A DNA stretch of 64,000 bases. It comes from the human T2T-CHM13v2.0 reference genome, Homo sapiens. Both the position numbers and the translations under genes were made by a program. The stretch lies in NCBI RefSeq assembly GCF_009914755.1, contig NC_060940.1. The stretch is one strand, 5' to 3'. Positions 57,066 through 64,000 of this stretch are shown one piece after another; position 1 is the first letter of the stretch; every line of letters starts with the position of its first letter. Below the pieces are notes generated by a model. It ran no database searches. It was given only the letters and a program-made list of their open reading frames with translations, and was not told where the DNA came from.

Positions 57066-60000
57066 CTGTGTTGGATGGAGTAAAGCCTGGCAAGGAGGGG
57101 CTGTTGAGGCCCGGGAGCAACACAGGAGGAATGCCCTGGAGCGCTGGATATGCTGTAGGAAGGTTAAGGGCCTGAAGAGGGGTGTTGTCAAACATCCCTT
57201 GCTGCTGAGCTGCCAGTCCAAGGACCTCGTTGGCCTTTTTAATCCGGTCCAACTCTTGTTGAGCCATCAACTGACGTACGGTGGCTGGGTCAAAGTATTC
57301 TTTCTCCTTGTCCAGCTGGCTTCCAATGGTGTCTTTAACTTTGGAGATATGCTGTTGGGAAAAGATATGGTCACGTACAGACAGCCGAGCGCTGTACTTG
57401 ATGCCACACAAAGTGCACTCTGTTTTGGGTCCCTCATAACTCGTTTGGTTTATACCAAAATGCTTGGCCATGCTTAACTTGGACTTCTTTTCTTTTGCCC
57501 GGGCATTCTGGAACCAGACCTGAACGACTCTCTTTGGCAGTCCAATGTCATTGCCCAGGACCTCACATTCTAGCATAGTGGGTGTCCTGTAGTCATTAAA
57601 GCATGACTTGAGGACCTTCAGCTGCAGATTGGTCATTTGAGTGCGAAAACGTTTCTGCCCAGGCCGATCCCCGCTGTCACCAGATTTGCCTGCAGATCCA
57701 CTCGCACCAGGACTCGGGGAGCAGGGATCTGCAAGGCTTGAGGTTTCACTGTAGTCCACTGTACCTTCATTGTCATATTCCTTGCTATAAAAGCTCGGGG
57801 CCGGGCTGACCAGACCAGATGACAACCGATCTTCATACTCAGACATTGCCATCATGGCCGCTTTGGTCAACCCTTCGTTGGGTGCAGAAGAGGATTTGGT
57901 TTCAGTTGCTATTCCCGTTGCACTGTCGTTATCTGCGTTGCCCTCGTCTCCAGTTGTGGTATCTGTGATTGCTGTGTTGACAGAGGAACAGTCATCGTTG
58001 TCCAGCTTAGTTTGGTCAAAGTTTAGATTAACTGAGGACATGGAGGGGCTTTCAAAGTCTTCAATCCCTTCCACCTTAATGGAGGAAGGGCTTAGAAGAG
58101 TTCTGGGTGACAATTCCATGGTTTTACTCACAGGTGAGAGGGGGACACCCTGACCATCACTACTGCTTGGGGGTAGGTGGGAAAAGCTAGTTCCGTCAAA
58201 AATATCTCCTTTCATCTGGAGTCCCCCATCACAGTCTAAGAGCATCGCAGACAGAGTTAGGTTGTAGCCAGCTCTCTTGGCTTCATGCCAGTGACGGGAC
58301 CGGATATGAGCCTCAAGAGCAGTCTTGGCTTTGAAGAGCGCTCTGCAAAAAGGGCATCTCCTGTGGGCCTGCGCTGGGCCTACAGCCCGGAACTGTCCTT
58401 TCCTTTCCCGAGCTCGGGTGTTCTGAAACCAGACTTGTACCACACGTTTCTTCAAGCCCACCTCGTGTGCAATGTGATCCAACATCTTTCGAGTCGGATT
58501 GGAATCCAGTAGATACTTCTGGTAGAGAATTTCTAGTTGTTCCGGTGTGATGGTTGTTCTCAAACGCTTGTCTCTCTGAGGCTCTTCTCCTCCTGTCCCA
58601 CTGTCGTTTTCGCCAGGGCTTGCACTGGCCTTTTCCTCCAGCTTCCTCTTGAGAGTGTTCATTGTGGAGGTTGGAGTTGAAGGAGAAGTGGCTGAGCTTG
58701 CTGGAATCTGAGGTATGGCCCCAGAGAGCAGCTGGCTGGCCAGGAGTGGGTTACTGGGATCAAAGAGCATGAAAGGCATATCCAGGGACCTGTCCAAAAA
58801 CTGGGGGTGGATGAACTGGTTCTGCGCGCTCAGGAAGTGGAGCTGCTGATGCTCCTGCCAGTGCTCAAATGACGGAAATGCCAACTTACACTGGTCACAC
58901 TGGTAGGGGATTAGCTGAGGAGGTAGGTTTGCGAGCTGTTGAGGAGTTGATGTGTGGAGGGGCTTGAGGGGCAGGTGGGAGAGCTGGGAAGGACTGGGGC
59001 TCGACTGGGGTAAGGGGCACTGTGGAGGGGGCGCTTGTGGAGGAGGCTGTGGCAACGAAGGCAGGGACACCAGCTGGGGGAGCTTCTGCTGGGGAGTGTT
59101 GGTCTTCTGCTCGGGCTGCTCTTGCTGCTGCAGCTCTGGCTTTGGTTGTCCTTGCTTTTCTTGGGTTTGGTTTGGCTGTGCACTGGGAGCTTCCGCCAGC
59201 TTTGGTTTCTCATCGCCTGCCTCTGTTTTTGAATTGAAGGTGGCCAGTTCCTCAGCCTCCGCTGTAAGCTGCAAGAAAGCGGAGGAAGCTGTATTATTGG
59301 CTGATGGTGCTGGGGCGCTGTAAGCCTGTGAGGGCATCGGGGTACTGCAGGATGAGCTGGTAGGCGTCAGGATTTCCATGGCATCCATGGAATCCTCATT
59401 TTGGCTGTCGTCCTGCCCCTCCTCATCCTCATCCTTGTAACACAGCTTCTTCTGGTGCTTGATGAGATCAAAGATGCGCTGAAACACCAGGCTACATTTT
59501 TTGCACTGGTAGTTCAAGTTGCTTGTTCGAATGTATCTATCATTTGTAAGCTCACGCCGCTCTCCATCTTTGCCCTCTCCCTGATTCTCATAATTCTTCC
59601 TGGCCTTCTGTCGGGCATTCTGAAACCACACCACTATCACTCGGGTTGGAAGGTTCAGTAAATTAGAGAGTTGCTCAAATTCATCATCCTTTGGGTAAGC
59701 ATTGGCATCGAAGAAGTCCTGTAAGACCCTCAGCTGGTAGTCCGTAAACCTTGTTCTTGAAGACCTCTTGCTTCCCCAGTACTCCTGCTTTGGAGGTTCC
59801 GGCGAAGGGGGCCGGGAGTCAATCTTGAGCTCCTCCAGGCTGGTGATAGGAGGATTACTGAAGTTGTAAGGGGAGTCCTTGTTACGCTGCCTCTCTTTGA
59901 AGAGAGTGTTCCTGAACCAGTGCTTGATCACTTTCTGGGGCAACCCGGACTTGTCTGCCATCTCTTTTATTTGCTCTTCACTGGGGGAGTTGTTAATGTC

Positions 60001-62525
60001 AAAATATTGCCGCAAGACTCGGAGCTGATCATCTGTGATCCTGGTGCGAGGCCTCTTGTTCTGCTGCTGGAGCAGGGTTGGATTGAGCTGATGCTGGTAG
60101 AGTTGGGCCAGGTCCGCAGGCAGAGGCTCCACAGGTCCCAGCTGCGGGGGTAGCTGAGCCGGCAAGGTCTGCAGCGGCATCGTCTGCATCATCAGCGGCG
60201 AGAAGATGGGCAGCTCCATCGGCATGGAGAGCTGGGTGAGCGGCACTGATGGCTGGGCCGGTGCAATTGTAGGTGAGGTGATGGGTGGGGCTGATGCGGG
60301 GATGGCTGGTGTGGACGCCGGCTGAGGCGGCGCTGCCGGAAGTGGGGGTGGAGGGGGTGGAGGGGGAGGTGGTGGTGGCTCTGGGGTCTGGGGCCTCAGT
60401 GGGTACAGTTTATCGTAGTGGTCTCTGTACTGTTTGGCAAACCTCTCGAGCTGTTTGAAAGGAAAGTAATTCTGATGAACGTGCTCTTGATGACTCTTTA
60501 AAATCAAGATGTTGGAAAACAACTTGCCGCAGGAGTCACACTCGAGCTTTTCCAGGTTCTCTCCCTGGTCAGTCTTCCCATTCTTTTTCTGCACCTTCTG
60601 CTTGTTCTCATTATACTGGATGACCAACTCAAAGCCAAAGTTCTCCAGCAGGGCCTTGGTGGCGTTCCCTCTGGCATCTGAAGCAATGCGTGGAGGGAGC
60701 ATGGAAGGCTCAGAACCACCCCCTGGTGCCAACTCTTTCTTCTCTTTGGCCTTCAAGGCATCTGGCAGTGTTTCCTTCGGACCGGTGTTGCCCTCTCCCC
60801 CCTCGGCGCTGTCCCTCTCTCTCTGGCTTTCTTTTTCCTTTTCTTTGATGACCAATTTGTTCTTCTTTTCGGGGTGCTGGCTTGGCTGAAGGAGGGCAGA
60901 GTGACTCTGGGCTATAGAGAGTTGGTTCTGCTGCTGCTGCGGCAAGATCTGCTGATGGCTCTGCTGTGGGACCTGAACCTGAGCCTTCAGATCTTCCAGC
61001 AGGCCTGGGCCTGTCCCAGTCAGTGTCAGTGCCCCACTGGTCACTGGCAAGCTCACCTCGGGGTTAAGCTGGAACTCAGCACTGGGGATGTAGAAAGGGA
61101 AGAGGAGGTGCTGCTGCTGCTGTAGTTGCAGCAGGGTCTCAGTTGTCATGGGGAAGTGAGGAAGGAGGGTGGGGTTAAACAGCTGAGACTGGATCAGGGC
61201 AGCCTGTTGCTGCAGCTCCTGCTGCAGGTGAGCTTGAACTTGAGCCTGGGCCTGGGCCAGCGTTTGTGCTTGTTGTTGTTGTTGTTGTTGTTGTTGTTGC
61301 TGTTGCTGCTGCTGTTGTTGCTGCTGCCTGGATGCAATCATATCTGCCAGTTTCTTCCGATTGGCCTCTTTGGGCTCTGAAGGGGAAGCAATGTTGGCAC
61401 CAATAGGATTCCCCAGGGGTGGCATCCCTACACTCTCAGTGGGCACTTGGCTTAGTAAGTTAGAGCTTGGAGCAATGCCAGCACTGCTTGGATTGGAGGT
61501 GGTAAAGGTGTTACTGCCACTGGTGCTCACAGGACTTGGCGTGGAGGAGCTCAAGGAAATACTGCTGCTGTTCCCAGTCCCATTGCTGCTGCCACTTGCA
61601 GCCTCCAGCTTGGCTGCCCGGGCCTTGGTTTGATGTAACACAGACCTCATATGGATCTCCAGAGTGGAACTCTGGCTGTAGGCCACATTACAAGTGTTAC
61701 ACTTAAAAGGTTTGTTGTCTGGGCTGCTGGTGGGTTCTGGCTGACCGGTTGCTGATTCTTGAAGGGCTCTCTTTAACTTATGCAGGTGGGAGACAGAATT
61801 GTAGTGTACTAGCAGGATATTCTTTTGAGTGAAAGATTCCTTGCAGACGGTACACTTGTAAGGGCGAGAAGGGTCTAGGAACTTTTCCATAGTAAAATTG
61901 GGACCTTTTCTGAAAGGCAGAGCTCTCTTTGGCTCTGAGCCCGAGTCTTCTTGTACTGACCCAGAGTCACTGCCCGTTGGGCTCTGTTTATCTTCCAAGT
62001 CACTCTCTTCCTCCTTGTCTTCCTCAACAATTATGGTATGGTCCTCAGCCAGAGTGGGGTCTCCCATTGCCAGGAGGTCCCCATTGGCCAGCAGGCCACC
62101 ATAAAGCTGTTGGATGTCAGCCTCACTCAGCTCCAGGTGGCTTGTCTCAAGGTGCTTCTTCAGAGCCTGGAAAGTTCGGAAACTGCGCTGACAAAGACAG
62201 CACATGGTGGCAGCTCTGATCACATGGTACTGAGAATGGAGCTGCAACTTTTCAATGGTCTTGAAGGCCAGGCTACACTGATTACAGCGGTACTTGTACA
62301 CATGGCGATCTGACACCGGCAGCTGAGGCCTCTTGGCATGCACTTCATTAAAATGCGTCTGAAGGGCAGCAGAAGTTTTGAAAACCTGGTTGCACCCCTT
62401 CTTCCAGCAGATGAAGCCTGAGTCTTCTCTCACAGAGCCTGGGTCAGCAGGGGATGGTTTCAAATCTCCGCTTTGCTCTGTGCTTGCGGATGGCAAGATG
62501 TTCTTTCCCAGATCCTCTGAGGTTT
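57066..62525 (-). CDS. ZFHX3: ZFHX3 penultimate coding exon (exon 9 in usual numbering), 5,460 nt, phase 1-1; four homeodomains, C2H2 zinc fingers, polyQ and polyP tracts
   Basis: The 1841-aa ORF matches ZFHX3/ATBF1 ([15 protein letters not shown]...GFTPSNT). Acceptor on minus strand is T16-AACAG|AAACC (AG at 62527-62526); donor is ACACAG|GTGGGT (GT at 57065-57064). It splices in frame to the next exon (G|CT = Ala). Confidence 0.98.
57478..57657 (-). other. ZFHX3: Homeodomain 4 coding segment
   Basis: [20 protein letters not shown]...[14 protein letters not shown]. Confidence 0.93.
58393..58572 (-). other. ZFHX3: Homeodomain 3 coding segment
   Basis: [20 protein letters not shown]...[14 protein letters not shown]. 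Confidence 0.93.
59590..59769 (-). other. ZFHX3: Homeodomain 2 coding segment
   Basis: [20 protein letters not shown]...[14 protein letters not shown]. Confidence 0.93.
59881..60060 (-). other. ZFHX3: Homeodomain 1 coding segment (atypical WFRNTLF recognition helix)
   Basis: [20 protein letters not shown]...[14 protein letters not shown]. Confidence 0.93.
61270..61326 (-). repeat. ZFHX3: Coding CAG/CAA repeat encoding Q19: (CAG)2(CAA)2(CAG)3 CAA CAG (CAA)10
   Basis: Counted directly from the sequence. Confidence 0.95.
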
Positions 62526-64000
62526 CTGTTAAAAAAAAAAAAAAAATCAAACCCAAAGATAAAGAAGGCTTTGTTTCAAGGATGGCACCCAGAGCGGTCT
62601 ACCTAGTCAGGCCTCATGAACACAGAATCTGATGATGAGGGAAGTGCCCAACCTGAATGACAGAATCTCTGCGGAGCGCCTCCTGCTTTCTTTTGTTCCT
62701 CCAATAGAGCACATATTATAAACAGGGTGCACATGAACAGAGATGGATAAAAGGAAATACAAAAAGTTTCAATGCATAATAGACCCATGTCATATCACAG
62801 ATCTAACAGTCTTTTAAATAGCATTTAATTGCTTGACTCAGAATCCTCAATTTCTCAAGAGCTGGTTTGAAGGTTACTGATCTTAGACTGGATTTCCCTT
62901 TTATGTTCATCTTTTATGTAATAAGCATTTAGCACAGTAGATCTGAAGTGTAGAATATGTGAATTAATGCTGTCCTAAGTTGTGAGGAATTTACAAGAAC
63001 TGCTGAACATCGTAATATAAGAAATTTGGGGATACATATTTTTAGGCATTTAATTTCTTGTTATAATGTGACTTCTGATTGCCATCTCTATTCAATAAGC
63101 AATTAACATTCAAGTGTTCAATTATTTAAAATACATTTTTTTCCCTACAATGAGATCATCACACTCATAAATACCGAGACCCTTTAACAGGTCATTTGTC
63201 CATTGTCTAATATGGAAAACTCACAAGAAAGAGAGAAGGCAGGACAGTAGTGTGGCCAAACTCTTCCCAACTTAGAACTCTTCCCACCTTAGAGGTGAAC
63301 GATGTAGGACAGCCTCACAGAGGTCTAACCATTCATCTAGCCAGGAAACACTATGTGGCACCAACTACTGTCTACAACAATGTTCTTTCCATCAGCATCT
63401 CTGTGCTTCATCCTAAGCCAATCCCAAAAAACTCAGAACGAAAGACAACTAATCCAGTGTACCTAAAAATCAACCCACAAGTCCCTACTAATTAAGTCCT
63501 CAGAAATACAGTGTTTAATGGCTTAGAATGGTAGGGCCTACTGACTGAGTCTCTGGTTATTCACTCCCTAATTGTATAGTTTAAGAAGATGTGTGTGTCT
63601 GTGCCAGAATTCCACTGGTTCTCATACTAATTTTCTCTCACTTTAAACCATGTGAGTAATATACAAATACATGCCAAGAAGCAGAGTATAAAGTAGCTGA
63701 TGACAGTGCCCCTCATCTCCTGATCAGTTACATTCACCTTAAGAGTATTGTAAAGAATTCCTGAAAACCTTTCTCCATGAACATTTTGGCATTCCATCTT
63801 GTTTCAATTTCTTGGGGTCAAGAATAATGATACTGACCAGGCTGCTTTCCTGCCTCTTCCAAATTGGAATTCCCATCTCGATCTGGAACAGCTGCTGGGA
63901 GGAACATGCTGCTTGGCATCACCATCTCAGGGGTGGTCACCTGAGGAGCAAGAGCAAGGAGAGTCAAATGGAGAGGAAAGCGACACAAAATAGGAAATGT
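62526..64000 (-). other. ZFHX3: 3' part of the upstream ZFHX3 intron (intron 8), continuing beyond the window
   Basis: Non-coding sequence ending in the T16-AACAG acceptor; no upstream ZFHX3 exon recognised before the window edge. Confidence 0.9.

Noticed and set aside
62526-62556. N-terminal [10 protein letters not shown] of the 1841-aa ORF as a start or signal peptide
   Set aside because: It is the intronic T16 polypyrimidine tract read in frame from a TTG; the exon starts at 62525.
57199-62632. Many + strand ORFs opposite the large exon
   Set aside because: Expected shadow ORFs of GC-rich coding DNA; no recognisable domains.

Overview
Human (at least great-ape) genomic DNA containing the 3' end of ZFHX3 (ATBF1; zinc finger homeobox 3, human 16q22) on the minus strand. 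The right third holds the tail of the upstream intron, a giant 5,460-nt coding exon (62525-57066; all four homeodomains, several C2H2 fingers, Q19 tract), a 4.4-kb last intron, the last coding exon (52659-50972; includes the interrupted GGC/poly-Gly repeat whose expansion causes SCA4) and an AU-rich ~4.3-kb 3'UTR probably ending after an ATTAAA at 46720-46715. The left ~43 kb is non-coding and dominated by interspersed repeats: about 20 Alus, L1/L2/MIR fragments, a complete LTR-int-LTR MLT1 (MaLR) element with nested insertions, a decayed ERVL pol fossil, several solo MaLR LTRs, a MER94 and a solo LTR12 pointing antisense toward the ZFHX3 3' end. I see no evidence for a new biological system. 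The most interesting signals are allele-level and regulatory: a 22-unit GGC allele, a symmetric-phase giant exon behind a T16 acceptor, a 3x101-bp repeat beside the last acceptor, and candidate antisense promoter and exon signals. Repeat family names and most repeat boundaries come from eye recognition and are approximate; splice sites and tandem-repeat coordinates were counted base by base.
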